Of a stretch of 64,000 bases of DNA, positions 9,901 through 19,720 are shown one piece after another. Position numbers and translations under genes: made by a program. Location: assembly GCA_050186575.1 (NCBI GenBank), contig JBFWYI010000006.1, positions 35,130 to 99,129 of the forward strand, written 5' to 3'. The notes below the pieces were generated by a model, which searched no databases, was not told where the DNA came from, and saw only the letters and a program-made list of their open reading frames with translations. Numbering within the stretch: the first letter of the stretch is position 1; every line of letters starts with the position of its first letter. The stretch is from Sandaracinaceae bacterium. Lineage in GTDB: Bacteria > Myxococcota_A > Polyangia > Polyangiales > Sandaracinaceae.

Positions 9901-10524
9901 AAGCGCCAGGGCGAGACGATGGTCGCGCTCGGTTACGGCTTCTTGATGGCGTTCCTCGCGATGTACGCGCTCCTCGCGATCGCGTTCAAGAGCTACGTCC
10001 AGCCGTTCATCATCGCGTCCGCGATCCCGTTCGGTTTCGTCGGCGCGGTGCTCGGTCACGCGGTCCTCGGCTATCGCTTCAGCCTCATGAGCATGATGGG
10101 CCTCGTCGCGCTCGCCGGCGTCGTGGTCAACGACTCGCTCGTCTACGTGAGCGCGGTGAACGACATCCGGCGCGACGAGCCGAACCTCTCGCTCGTCGAG
10201 GCGGTGTCCCTCGCCGGCGTGCGCCGCTTCCGCGCGATCCTGCTCACCTCGTTGACGACCTTCCTCGGGCTGACCCCGATGATCCTCGAGACGTCGGTCG
10301 GCGCGCGCTTCCTCATCCCGATGGCGATCAGCCTCGGGGTCGGCGTGATGTTCGCGACGTTCATCACCCTGCTCCTCGTGCCCTCGCTCTACCTCATCGT
10401 CGAGGACGTGGTCCGCACGGTGACGCGGGTCTCCGGGTTCGTGGTCGCCGGGATCCGGGGGCGCCGGCCGGTCGAGTCACCTCCCGGCGCGCCGACCGAG
10501 GACGCGCCTACCCACGCCGAGTAG
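6994..10524 (+). CDS. RND efflux permease (AcrB/CzcA superfamily), 12 TM, with an unusual His/Asp/Glu-rich N-terminal tail
   Basis: The 1176-aa ORF is colinear with AcrB. The TM4 motif is 'LGMVVDDAIVVGEAV' and two large periplasmic loops are present. The first about 60 aa are (GADEH)n low complexity encoded by 15-bp tandem repeats. Confidence 0.85.
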   Translation: MSGPEPTGGNDPAADERGAGAHGGDERGAGAHGADEHGADEHGADEHGADEHGADEQGGAPGVFAGPLAWMAKNSVAANVLMLLLIIGGLFSITRIKQEVFPEFDLDMIVINVPYPGASPEEVEQGVILPIEESVRAIDGISEVRSTASEGVGVVVMELLVGEDPDRVLADVKSAVDRITSFPTDVEEPVVSRPQFRGEVISVVIYGDASEAALRTLGERTRDGLLDDDGITTVELSGVRPLEIAIDIPQDNLRAYGMSHSDVANAIRAASLDVPAGNLRTAAGEVLLRTTERREIGAEFENIVVRMQPDGSRVTVGDLGEVTDGFREVDTAASYEGQRAVMVNVFRVGNQTPLDIAAKVQDYIAAHEADLPPGVHFATWNDRSEFYRGRIDLLVRNAYLGLILVLVCLGLFLEIRLAFWVTLGIPISFIGSLIFLPTIEGASINMISLFAFILTLGMVVDDAIVVGEAVYTRRTKGVPAMRAAIEGVKEVGGPVVFAILTTCIFFIPLLLVPGVMGKFFMQIPIVVILVLLLSLGESLLVLPSHLGHLDATKWWIWGIVVLNGASIPVVYRFKGEVYFAQLFIEGVCVLLLIAVYWKPVHAAQQRVSRLIEWLIQKTYAPVLSRAVRSRYITLAAAVALFIGGIGIVAGGRVEWEFFPKIDSDIVSARITMPFGTPAAVTEQVQRRALDASHAAIARLQPDTGESVVRGRFALLGSFGAAGGGPGGSNSASGGHVAEVAMFLQPSDQRAFSARQLAETWREILGDVPGVESLQFQSDTGGPSGSDIDFQLSHPDLPTLERAAAVLADRLREYSGVREINDGFAEGKEQLDFELRPEARARGITEQMLARQLRDAFFGAEAVRQQRGRDELRVYVRRPLSERQSLADVESMLIRTPDGGEIPLSEAAVITRGRSYTQIQRLDGRRRVNVTAGVDFGTNANRVQGEVQEQVIPDLLRQFPNLRVEAGGNAKRQGETMVALGYGFLMAFLAMYALLAIAFKSYVQPFIIASAIPFGFVGAVLGHAVLGYRFSLMSMMGLVALAGVVVNDSLVYVSAVNDIRRDEPNLSLVEAVSLAGVRRFRAILLTSLTTFLGLTPMILETSVGARFLIPMAISLGVGVMFATFITLLLVPSLYLIVEDVVRTVTRVSGFVVAGIRGRRPVESPPGAPTEDAPTHAE
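7036..7166 (+). repeat. In-frame coding tandem repeats: 2 x 30 bp followed by 5 x 15 bp ('GACGAGCAYGGCGCS'), encoding ...ERGAGAHGGD... then (ADEHG)5
   Basis: Read directly in the RND N-terminal coding region. Confidence 0.7.
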
Positions 10525-10948
10525 CGCCCCCGTTCCGCCGTCGTTGGATCAGCCCGTCGAGCGACCAGGCGCCCGGTCCGGCGAACAGTAACGTTACTGC
10601 GCAGAGCGCGTACACCATCGCGAGCTCCCGGTCCGAGTAGGGATCGCCCGCGTGAACGATGACGAACGCGACCACCATCGTGATGAGCAACGGCACAGCC
10701 GCGAGGCGCGTACCGAGCCCCACGATCAGCAACGCGGGCGCCACCACCTCACCGACGATCGCGAGCACGAAGGAAGTCGCGTTCCCGACCCCGAGCGGAT
10801 CGGGGAACGTCTCGAGGATCCCGGGGAGCCGCCCGAGCTTTGGAATTCCATGGCCGAAGAGCATCATGGAGGCGATGCCGATGCGCAGGAGCAGTAGACC
10901 GAGCGAGCTCGCCCACTTCAGGTCCGTGTTCAAAAGGGTCTTGAGCAT
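10508..10948 (-). CDS. DoxX family membrane protein
   Basis: About 146 aa with four hydrophobic helices. The N-terminus 'MLKTLLNTDLKWASSLGLLLLRIGIASMMLFGHGIPKL' is DoxX-like. The start was chosen at the internal Met; the longer ORF is antisense to the neighbouring gene. Confidence 0.55.
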   Translation of the reverse strand: MLKTLLNTDLKWASSLGLLLLRIGIASMMLFGHGIPKLGRLPGILETFPDPLGVGNATSFVLAIVGEVVAPALLIVGLGTRLAAVPLLITMVVAFVIVHAGDPYSDRELAMVYALCAVTLLFAGPGAWSLDGLIQRRRNGGATRRG

Positions 10949-11885
10949 GGGGGTGACGCTAGCACTCGCGATCGGGTGCGCCTCGCTCGAGCCGCTCCCG
11001 TCGCTGTACGACGACGCGACGCTCGCGCAGCAGATCCGGGACGGCGACGGGATGGATGCGCGGATCACTCGCTACAACGGCTTCGTGCACGGCGACCCCG
11101 TCGGCTACTGGACGATCGGGATCAACGGCGCGCACGCGATGCCGATCTACCAGCTCTGCCGCGCCGAGGGCTCGGACCCGTGCGTCCCGATCGACCACCC
11201 GCCGATCCTCGATGCGCTCCCCGGCGACGCCGAGTACACGCCGTACGGTCAGGTCCACTGGGTCCGGCTCCCCGAGGGCTGGGACGGCCGGCTCGCGAGC
11301 CGCGAAGAGATCGACGCGGAGGTCGCGCGCCTCGGGATCGATCCTCCGAGCCCTTCGAGCGAGCTCCACCACTGCCCGATCACCGTGCCCGAGACCGAGA
11401 TCGAGCTGGGCGAGGACATGGTCGGCACGCCAGCCGGGACGATCTACTACCGCGGGAGGGAGGCGCGGTGCTTCGACTTCGGCGCGAACCCGAACCGCGC
11501 GGTGCTCCCCAACGGCGACCTCTTCATCCGCAACGTCTACGTGCTCACGCGCGAGGGCGAGGACATGCCGCTCATGGAGGCAGCAAGGATGATGGACATC
11601 ACGGGCGACGGCGACGCCGTGGACTCCAACAACACGTTCGGGGTCGGCCTCGGCGACGGGGACTACACCCCGCTCTGGCGCATGGTCGCCGTCACGGTGC
11701 CCGCCTCGTACTCGTCGATCGACACCTCGATGAACCAGGAGCTCGCCGACTACCGCGACGCCCACGACATGTTCGACGTGTCCGCCGACTACATGATCAC
11801 GCCGCGGATGGGGCAGATCGTGGACTACACGGAGACCGAGACGCTCATCAACTGCCCGCTCCAGAGCGCGATCGGCCAGCTCTGA
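10947..11885 (+). CDS. Hypothetical lipoprotein
   Basis: Lipobox 'LALAIGCAS'. Balanced composition with many Asp/Tyr/Trp. An alternative upstream Met at 10881 (MRRSSRP...) would give a basic n-region. The ATG overlaps the DoxX start on the other strand (shared CATG). Confidence 0.5.
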   Translation: MGVTLALAIGCASLEPLPSLYDDATLAQQIRDGDGMDARITRYNGFVHGDPVGYWTIGINGAHAMPIYQLCRAEGSDPCVPIDHPPILDALPGDAEYTPYGQVHWVRLPEGWDGRLASREEIDAEVARLGIDPPSPSSELHHCPITVPETEIELGEDMVGTPAGTIYYRGREARCFDFGANPNRAVLPNGDLFIRNVYVLTREGEDMPLMEAARMMDITGDGDAVDSNNTFGVGLGDGDYTPLWRMVAVTVPASYSSIDTSMNQELADYRDAHDMFDVSADYMITPRMGQIVDYTETETLINCPLQSAIGQL

Positions 11886-11941
11886 TCACCAGGTCTTTCG
11901 ATTGATCGCGGCGCACCCCGGGGTGCACTATTCCGCTCATC

Positions 11942-14308
11942 ATGAGTGATGGCCCCGTATTGGGGATCGACCTCGGCACCACGAACTCCGTGGTGGCCAT
12001 CGCGGATGGCGGGCAGGCCCGCGTCATCAGCGATCCCGAGGGTCGGCGGATGGTCCCCTCGGTGGTCTCGTTCCACCCGGCCGGCCACAAGCTGGTCGGC
12101 TACGAGGCGCGCGACCGGCGGCTGATCGACGCGAAGAACACCGTCTACGCGGTGAAGCGGCTGATCGGGCGCCCGTACGACAGCCCTGAGGTCGAGCGCG
12201 CGCGGCAGCGGTTCGGGTTCGCCATCGCGCCCAACAAGCACGGCGGGTGCATCGTCGAGGTGCGCTCGGGTCGCTATGCGCTGGCCGAGATCAGCGCCAT
12301 CGTCCTGCGTGAGCTGCGACGGATCTCCGAGCTCGACCTCGGCGTCGCGTGCGAACGCGCGGTGATCACCGTGCCCGCCAACTTCAACGAGCTCCAGCGG
12401 AGCGCGACCAAGGCGGCCGGGAAGGTGGCGGGCCTCGACGTCCTGCGCATCCTCAACGAGCCGACCGCCGCCGCGCTCGCGTATGGCTACGGCAAGAAGC
12501 AGAAGGAGCGCGTCGCGGTCTACGACCTCGGCGGCGGCACGTTCGACATCACGGTCCTCGAGCTCGACAACGACGTGTTCGAGGTGCTCGCCACCGGCGG
12601 CAATAGCTTCCTCGGTGGGGAGGACATCGACCGCGCGGTCGGCGAGGTGATGGCGCAGCAGTTCCTCGAGCAGCACGGGTGGGATCCGCGCTCGGACTCG
12701 CAGGCGTTCGAGCGGCTCAAGGCGGCCGGCGAGTGGGCGAAGTGTCAGCTGAGCGAGGAGCAGGCGGTCCGCCTCACCATCGAGGAGCTCACGATCGGCG
12801 AGGGAGGCCGTCCGCTCGACCTCGAGTTCGAGATGACGCGCGCAGAGCTCGAGGAGATCTCGCACCCGTGGCTGCAGCAGTCGTTCGACGTGTGCGACGC
12901 CGCGCTGAAGGACGCGAGCTTCCGCGCCGACGAAGTCGACAGCGTCGTCTTGGTCGGCGGCTCGACCCGCATGCCGCTCTGCCGCCGCATGGTCGAGAGC
13001 TACTTCGGGATGACGCCGAACGCGGCGATCGATCCCGACATGGTCGTCGCGCAGGGCGCCGCGATCCACGGCTACGCGCTCGGCGGCGCGGCACAGGACG
13101 CCGCCGCGAAGGCGCGCGGCAAGAGCACGCTCGGACGCGTGGCGCTGCAGCGCCTCACCGCGGCGGAGATCGAGCAACGCCAACGCGCCAAGCGGATCGA
13201 CACCATCGACGGGATGCCGCGCCAACCCGCGTTCGCCCCGCCGGAGCGACCGGCGCAGGCCGCACCGCGCGCGCGCCCGGCCAAGATCTCCGATCCGCCT
13301 CCGTCGCTACCGAACCTCCCGGACGGTCCGACCGTCGTGCGCGAGGTGCGCGCGGTCACCACGCCCAAGACGACGATGGACATGGAGCTCGACGGCCTCG
13401 CGCCCGATCGGGACGCGCGCCAGGCCGGCTCCCTCGACGATCTCGCCCCGCCCGCGTTCGCCGATCCCGCCGACCCGTTCGCCGACCTCGCCCCCGACGA
13501 CCCGTTCACCGCACCGACCTCCGGAGGCAGCAAGGTAGGTTTCCTCGACGAGCTCGACGAGACCGACGCGGCGCTCGACGATCCGTTCGAGCTGCCCGCG
13601 CCGCGCGAGCGAGGGAGGAAGAAGGTGCCCGCCCGCGAGCCGACCACGCCGTTCTCGATCGACCGACGCGATGCGCTCGACCCTCCGAAGCCCCCGGTCG
13701 TAGAGCGGCGTCCGCCGCCGCCGCGCCCTCCCCCGACCCCGCGCGTCGGCACTCCGCACGTCGCGCCGCCTCTCCCCGCGCCGCCCGCACCCGTCGCGTC
13801 GCCGCCCGCGTTGCCGCCCGCGCAGAAGGCGGCGTGGCTCCCGTCTCAGCCACCTCCACTCGCGCAACCCGTGTTGCCGATGGTCGACGCCGCACCGCCC
13901 ATCCTGATGGACGTGACCCCTCACTCGCTGGGCATCGAGACGGCGGGCGGCTACTGCCGTCACCTGATCCTGAAGAACGCCCCCGTGCCCACCGAGCAGA
14001 CGCGCGGATTCACCACGGCGCGCGACGATCAGACCGAGGTCGCGGTGCGCATCTGCCAAGGCGAGTCCGACTCGTTCGACGCGAACCAGATCCTCGGCGA
14101 GGTCGTGCTCTCCGAGCTCCCGAGGAAGGCGCGCGGCTCCGTGTCGATCGACGTCGCGTTCATGCTCGACGCGGACGGGACGCTCGACGTCGACGCGGTG
14201 GAGCCGACGACCGGCACGAAGCGCAGCGTGAAGATCAACTTGCGCGGTGGCCTCAACGACGCGGACATCGCGGCGATGCGCCTCCGCATCGAGGCGGAGG
14301 AGCTGTGA
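11942..14308 (+). CDS. Hsp70 family chaperone (DnaK paralog) with a large Pro/acidic-rich insertion between the NBD and SBD-beta, and no helical lid
   Basis: The N-terminal nucleotide-binding domain 'GIDLGTTNSVVA...' is canonical through about residue 385. About 250 aa of disordered Pro/Asp-rich sequence with repeated 'DPF' motifs follow. The conserved SBD-beta 'ILMDVTPHSLGIETAGGY...' is present. The protein ends right after the DnaK-equivalent 'LNDADIAAMRLRIEAEEL'. Confidence 0.85.
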   Translation: MSDGPVLGIDLGTTNSVVAIADGGQARVISDPEGRRMVPSVVSFHPAGHKLVGYEARDRRLIDAKNTVYAVKRLIGRPYDSPEVERARQRFGFAIAPNKHGGCIVEVRSGRYALAEISAIVLRELRRISELDLGVACERAVITVPANFNELQRSATKAAGKVAGLDVLRILNEPTAAALAYGYGKKQKERVAVYDLGGGTFDITVLELDNDVFEVLATGGNSFLGGEDIDRAVGEVMAQQFLEQHGWDPRSDSQAFERLKAAGEWAKCQLSEEQAVRLTIEELTIGEGGRPLDLEFEMTRAELEEISHPWLQQSFDVCDAALKDASFRADEVDSVVLVGGSTRMPLCRRMVESYFGMTPNAAIDPDMVVAQGAAIHGYALGGAAQDAAAKARGKSTLGRVALQRLTAAEIEQRQRAKRIDTIDGMPRQPAFAPPERPAQAAPRARPAKISDPPPSLPNLPDGPTVVREVRAVTTPKTTMDMELDGLAPDRDARQAGSLDDLAPPAFADPADPFADLAPDDPFTAPTSGGSKVGFLDELDETDAALDDPFELPAPRERGRKKVPAREPTTPFSIDRRDALDPPKPPVVERRPPPPRPPPTPRVGTPHVAPPLPAPPAPVASPPALPPAQKAAWLPSQPPPLAQPVLPMVDAAPPILMDVTPHSLGIETAGGYCRHLILKNAPVPTEQTRGFTTARDDQTEVAVRICQGESDSFDANQILGEVVLSELPRKARGSVSIDVAFMLDADGTLDVDAVEPTTGTKRSVKINLRGGLNDADIAAMRLRIEAEEL

Positions 14309-14817
14309 GCGATCAGCTCGAGCTCCTCGACTACTACACGCTCTTGGGCGTGGATCGCGGGGCGAGCGCCGACGCGGTCAAGGCGGCGTTCCGCGACTTT
14401 GCGCGGCGCTATCACCCGGATCGTTTCGGCGGGGCACCGGAAGACAAGCTGCGGCGGGCGACGCAGATCTACCGACGCGGGAGCGAGGCCTACCAGATCC
14501 TCAGCAATCCGGTGTCGCGCAAGGCGTACGATCGCGTGTTGCGCGTCGGGCGCATGCGCCTGTCCGCCGAGGAGCGCGACAAGGCCGCGCAGGAGGAACG
14601 CCCGGCCGCGGCGCCCGCGCCGCAGAAGAAGCCGGAGAACCCGATCCGATCGACGGCCGCGCTCGAGTTCTACCATCGCTCCGCCGAAGCGGCGCGCGCC
14701 GGCAACTGGCGCGACGCGTGGAAGTCGATGAAGCGCGCGGTCGAGATCGAGCCCGAGAACGAGCTCCTTCGAGGCCGCTTGACGCAGATCGAAGCGAAGC
14801 TCCGCACCTCTCGGTGA
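14305..14817 (+). CDS. J-domain (DnaJ-like) co-chaperone, about 170 aa
   Basis: 'DYYTLLGVDRGASADAVKAAFRDFARRYHPDR' contains the HPD motif. A GTG start overlaps the Hsp70 TGA as GTGA. A C-terminal TPR-like helix pair is present. Confidence 0.7.
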   Translation: MSDQLELLDYYTLLGVDRGASADAVKAAFRDFARRYHPDRFGGAPEDKLRRATQIYRRGSEAYQILSNPVSRKAYDRVLRVGRMRLSAEERDKAAQEERPAAAPAPQKKPENPIRSTAALEFYHRSAEAARAGNWRDAWKSMKRAVEIEPENELLRGRLTQIEAKLRTSR

Positions 14818-15149
14818 CAGGGGACGTGGTGCCCCAACGAGCCGCCGCGTCTGACACCTACGCGCGCATCTATCGCGTCGTGCGACGGATCCCGGAGGGC
14901 AAGGTCGCCACCTACGGGCAGATCGCGGCGCTGGTGGGCAACGTCGGCGCGCGCCAGGTCGGCTACGCGCTCCACGCGCTCCGGGACGACACCGTCCCGT
15001 GGCAGCGCGTGATCAACGCGAAGGGTGAGATCAGCCCGCGGCCAGAGGCGGACCATCAGCGGGTGCGACTCTTGGCCGAAGGTGTCGTGTTCGATGGGCG
15101 CGGTCGGGTGGATCTGCACGCGTACCGGTGGCGACCGCGGAGGCGGTAG
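14814..15149 (+). CDS. Alkyltransferase-like (Atl) / MGMT-family DNA-binding protein lacking the catalytic Cys
   Basis: 'TYGQIAALVGNVGARQVGYAL...VPWQRVINAKGEIS' matches the MGMT helix-turn-helix and Asn-hinge region. The 'PCHR' active site is replaced by 'PWQR', as in Atl/YbaZ. A GTG start overlaps the J-protein stop. Confidence 0.6.
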   Translation: MTGDVVPQRAAASDTYARIYRVVRRIPEGKVATYGQIAALVGNVGARQVGYALHALRDDTVPWQRVINAKGEISPRPEADHQRVRLLAEGVVFDGRGRVDLHAYRWRPRRR

Positions 15150-15225
15150 CGGCTCGATCGCGTCGGGCGACTTCGCGGGGGTGGTGGTTCGCGTAGGTCT
15201 CGGTGAGCGCGGGCTCTCGTGTACG

Positions 15226-15280
15226 TGGACGAGCACGAGGACGTCCACGTGCACGAGGACGTCCACGTGCACGTGCGGGT
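15226..15280. repeat. Direct 18-bp repeat 'CACGAGGACGTCCACGTG' x2, rich in the 6-bp palindromes CACGTG (x3) and GACGTC (x2)
   Basis: Read directly: gtacgtggacgagCACGAGGACGTCCACGTGCACGAGGACGTCCACGTGcacgtgcgg. It lies in the intergenic region upstream of the MBL / sigma-54 activator genes. Confidence 0.6.
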
Positions 15281-15387
15281 TCCGAACACGCATCAGGATC
15301 GGAGGCTGCTCGGATCGGGAGCACCCCTCTGCTCTACCGCAGCGCATCGAAGCGATTCCTACGCATCGATCCCATGCCCGCGGCGTC

Positions 15388-15401
15388 GGCACGGGAATCG
15401 C
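15388..15401 (+). promoter_or_regulatory. Putative sigma-54 (-24/-12) promoter: GGCACG-N5-CGC (GG-N10-GC spacing)
   Basis: 'cGGCACGggaaTCGCt' has GG and GC separated by exactly 10 nt. It lies about 30 nt upstream of ATG 15432, with the SD 'GAGGAGG' in between. The downstream gene is followed by a sigma-54 activator. There is one mismatch to the TTGC -12 element. Confidence 0.3.
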
Positions 15402-15431
15402 TGAGTGTGCGCTCCGAGGAGGCTGACCCCC

Positions 15432-16262
15432 ATGAACCTGACGATCCGATTTTGGGGCGTACGCGGCAGCATCGCGACGCCTGGACCCCGCACCGTACGA
15501 ACCGGCGGCAACACCCCCTGCGTCGAGATCTCGTGCGAGGACACCCTCTTGATCCTCGACGCCGGCACCGGCATCCGCGATCTCGGCGAGCGCCTGATGC
15601 GCGAGGACCGACGCGACGCGACGCTGCTCCTGAGCCACCTGCACTGGGATCACATCCAAGGGCTCCCGTTCTTCGTCCCCGCGTACGTACCCGGCCGCTC
15701 GCTCACCATCCGAGGAGCTCGCGGATTGCAAGACGCGCTGTCGGCGCAGATGACCGCGCCGAGCTTCCCCGTCACCCTCGACGCGTTCGGCGCCGACGTC
15801 GCGTTCCGCGCGGTCGTGAGCGGCGAGCGCTTCGACGTCGGACCCTTCTCTATCCAGGCGGCCGGCCTCAACCACCCCGGTGGCGTCCTCGGGTACCGCG
15901 TCACGCTCGGCGATCGTTCGATCGTCTACGCGACCGACACCGAACACTACGCTTGTCCCGACCCACGCCTCATCGATCTCGCAAGGGACGCTGACGTGCT
16001 GATCTACGATGCGATGTACACCGACGCGGAGTACCCGACGAAGGTCGGCTGGGGTCACTCCACGTGGACCGCCGGCGTCGACGTCGCGGACGCGGCGGGG
16101 GTCGACCGGCTGGTCCTCTTCCATCACGATCCGACGCGCGACGACGACGCGGTGGACGCGATCGAGCGCGCCGCCGCGGCCACGCGAGGCGGCACCGTCG
16201 CCGCCCGAGAGGGAGAGTCGCTCGTCCTCGCGGCGACCCCGGGAGCACGGCGCGCGGCGTGA
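15432..16262 (+). CDS. MBL-fold metallo-hydrolase
   Basis: The '[14 protein letters not shown]' HxHxDH motif is present, with downstream His/Asp ligands. The ATG is preceded by GAGGAGG. Confidence 0.75.
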   Translation: MNLTIRFWGVRGSIATPGPRTVRTGGNTPCVEISCEDTLLILDAGTGIRDLGERLMREDRRDATLLLSHLHWDHIQGLPFFVPAYVPGRSLTIRGARGLQDALSAQMTAPSFPVTLDAFGADVAFRAVVSGERFDVGPFSIQAAGLNHPGGVLGYRVTLGDRSIVYATDTEHYACPDPRLIDLARDADVLIYDAMYTDAEYPTKVGWGHSTWTAGVDVADAAGVDRLVLFHHDPTRDDDAVDAIERAAAATRGGTVAAREGESLVLAATPGARRAA

Positions 16263-16270
16263 GCGGAGGT

Positions 16271-17821
<1,551 letters not shown>

Positions 17822-17897
17822 TGGTGGTTTTCTTAGCCGGGAGAGGAGGAGACTGGGAGAGGGGGAGAGTGCGTCGGCTTCGCCGCCGCGGAGCGAG

Positions 17898-18296
17898 CTA
17901 TCGATGGTGTGGCGCGGTGACGCGTCGGATTCCCGCCTCGCGGAGCGCTGGGACGTTGAAGTTCACGAGGAGTCCGACGCTGAGGCCCGTCAGCTTGAGG
18001 TAGGTCCTGAGTTGAGCGCGATGGAGCGTCGTCAGGGCGGTGACCGACTTCACCTCGACGACGATCCGGCGCTCCACGACGAGGTCGAGCTGGTAGGCAT
18101 GCTCGACGTGCAGGCCTTTGAATCCGAGGGCGACTGACTTCTGTCGCTCTAGCTTCAGGCGGCGCCGCGCAAGCTCGTGTGCAAGACACGCCTCATAGGT
18201 CGACTCCAACAACCCCGGCCCCAAGTGGCGGTGAACTTCGATGCAGGCCCCGATGATCGCCTCGGTGAGGCCGCCGAATCCGTGTCGCGCTGGCAT
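17898..18296 (-). CDS. GxxExxY family protein (PD-(D/E)XK nuclease-like fold, PDDEXK_3)
   Basis: A 132-aa protein: 'EAIIGACIEVHRHLGPGLLESTYEACLAHEL...' is the eponymous motif region. The conserved D/E-x-K core 'LDLVVERRIVVEVKSV' is present. Confidence 0.65.
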   Translation of the reverse strand: MPARHGFGGLTEAIIGACIEVHRHLGPGLLESTYEACLAHELARRRLKLERQKSVALGFKGLHVEHAYQLDLVVERRIVVEVKSVTALTTLHRAQLRTYLKLTGLSVGLLVNFNVPALREAGIRRVTAPHHR

Positions 18297-18497
18297 GCCG
18301 CCCTATCGATGGCTCCGCGCGCGCGTTGCGCGCGCACCCTCCTCCTCTCCCACTCTCCTCGTCTCCCGGCCGCCCGCCGCAGGCGCGGTCACAGATGCCG
18401 ACCCGCCGCCGGCGCTCGAAGCCGAAGCCGGTGGCCTGCTCTCGCCCGGCCTCCCCGCCGCCCGCCCGAGGCGCGGTCACGAACGCCGAGCCGACGG

Positions 18498-19718
18498 TCA
18501 GTCGGTGCGAGCCGGCAACCGCGGCAGCAGGCCTTCGAGCAAGGAAGACGGGATCCGCGTCGCGACCACGGGCGCCTCGTCTGCGGTGCGCCACGGCACG
18601 TCGGGCCACCAGCGCTCGACCTCGGGCGGCGCCGCCGGCTCGACGCTCTCGCCCGGGCGCGGCACCACCGCGCGCACGTGCGCTTCCTCGGCGGCCGCGA
18701 GCACCCGCTCCGCCGGCTCCGTCCAGCTGTGGTACGCGAGGTTGAACAGGCCCCAGTGCACGGGGATGAGCACGTCGCCGCGCACGAGCTGATGCGCCAG
18801 TACCGCTTGCTCGGGACCGAGGTGCCAGTCCGGCCACGCGGAGTCGTACGCGCCGGACTCGATCATCGTCACGTCGAACGGCCCGAACCGCTCGCCGATC
18901 TCCGCCATCGCGGGGAAGAGCCCGGTGTCCCCCGAGTAGAACGCGCGGTGATTCGGTCCGATCAACGCGAAGCCCGCCCACAGCGTCGCGTCCTTGTCGA
19001 TGCCGGTCCGCCCCGACGCGTGCCGCGCCGGCGTACACACCACCGTCAAGCTTTCATGCTCGACGCGATCCCACCAGTCCACGTCGACGATGTGCTCCTC
19101 GTCGACGCCCCAGTACGCGAGGTGCGCGCCGACACCGAGCGGCGCCACGAACGTCGTCTCCCACTCGCGCATCCGCTGGATGGTCGGGTAGTCGAGGTGG
19201 TCGTAGTGGTCGTGCGAGATGAGCACCAGATCGATGGGCGGCAGCTGATCGAGCACGATCGGCGTCGGATAGAACCGCTCCGGCCCCGCCCACGTGAACG
19301 GGGACGTCCGTTCCCCGAACACCGGATCGGTGAGCACCGTGTAGCCGTCGATCTCGATCACGAGGATCGAGTGCCCGAGCCAGGTCACCCGCAGCCCGCT
19401 CGCCGGCGGCGCGCCGAACCGAGACCGATCCCCCGGCACCGTCGCGATCGGCGCGTTCGGCGATCCGTACGCGCTCGCGTTCATCACCCCGGTGATCATC
19501 GCGCCCCAGTCGTTGTAGAGCGGCTCCGGGTTCACGAAGCTCGACTCGCCCTCCGACCAATGCGGTGACGCGTCCATCCGTTCCCGCCGCGCGCCGTCGG
19601 CCGCCTGACCGAACGCGCGCCAGCCGTCGATCAACGCGAACGTGGCCAACGCGAGCACCGCGAGCGCGAGGACGCCGAGGACGCGGAGGACGATCCGTCG
19701 GCGGCGCGAGCGCTCCAC
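18498..19718 (-). CDS. MBL-fold metallo-hydrolase with an N-terminal membrane anchor (NAPE-PLD / Zn-dependent hydrolase-like)
   Basis: N-terminal TM 'IVLRVLGVLALAVLALATFALI'. The 'VLISHDHYDHLD' HxHxDH motif is present. It lies immediately downstream of a TetR gene on the same strand. Confidence 0.75.
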   Translation of the reverse strand: MERSRRRRIVLRVLGVLALAVLALATFALIDGWRAFGQAADGARRERMDASPHWSEGESSFVNPEPLYNDWGAMITGVMNASAYGSPNAPIATVPGDRSRFGAPPASGLRVTWLGHSILVIEIDGYTVLTDPVFGERTSPFTWAGPERFYPTPIVLDQLPPIDLVLISHDHYDHLDYPTIQRMREWETTFVAPLGVGAHLAYWGVDEEHIVDVDWWDRVEHESLTVVCTPARHASGRTGIDKDATLWAGFALIGPNHRAFYSGDTGLFPAMAEIGERFGPFDVTMIESGAYDSAWPDWHLGPEQAVLAHQLVRGDVLIPVHWGLFNLAYHSWTEPAERVLAAAEEAHVRAVVPRPGESVEPAAPPEVERWWPDVPWRTADEAPVVATRIPSSLLEGLLPRLPARTD

Positions 19719-19720
19719 GC

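Noticed and set aside
15219-15404. Small ORF encoding a His-rich peptide 'MYVDEHEDVHVHEDVHVHVRV' that resembles a his-type leader peptide
   Set aside because: It is produced by translating the CACGTG/GACGTC DNA repeat. There is no RBS, no downstream attenuator-like terminator, and the following gene is not histidine-related. It is treated as incidental.
17898-18296. GxxExxY / PD-(D/E)XK protein as part of a defence or toxin system
   Set aside because: It is isolated, flanked by a sigma-54 regulator and an MBL hydrolase. No partner methyltransferase, ATPase or antitoxin is present, and the family is widespread as solitary genes.
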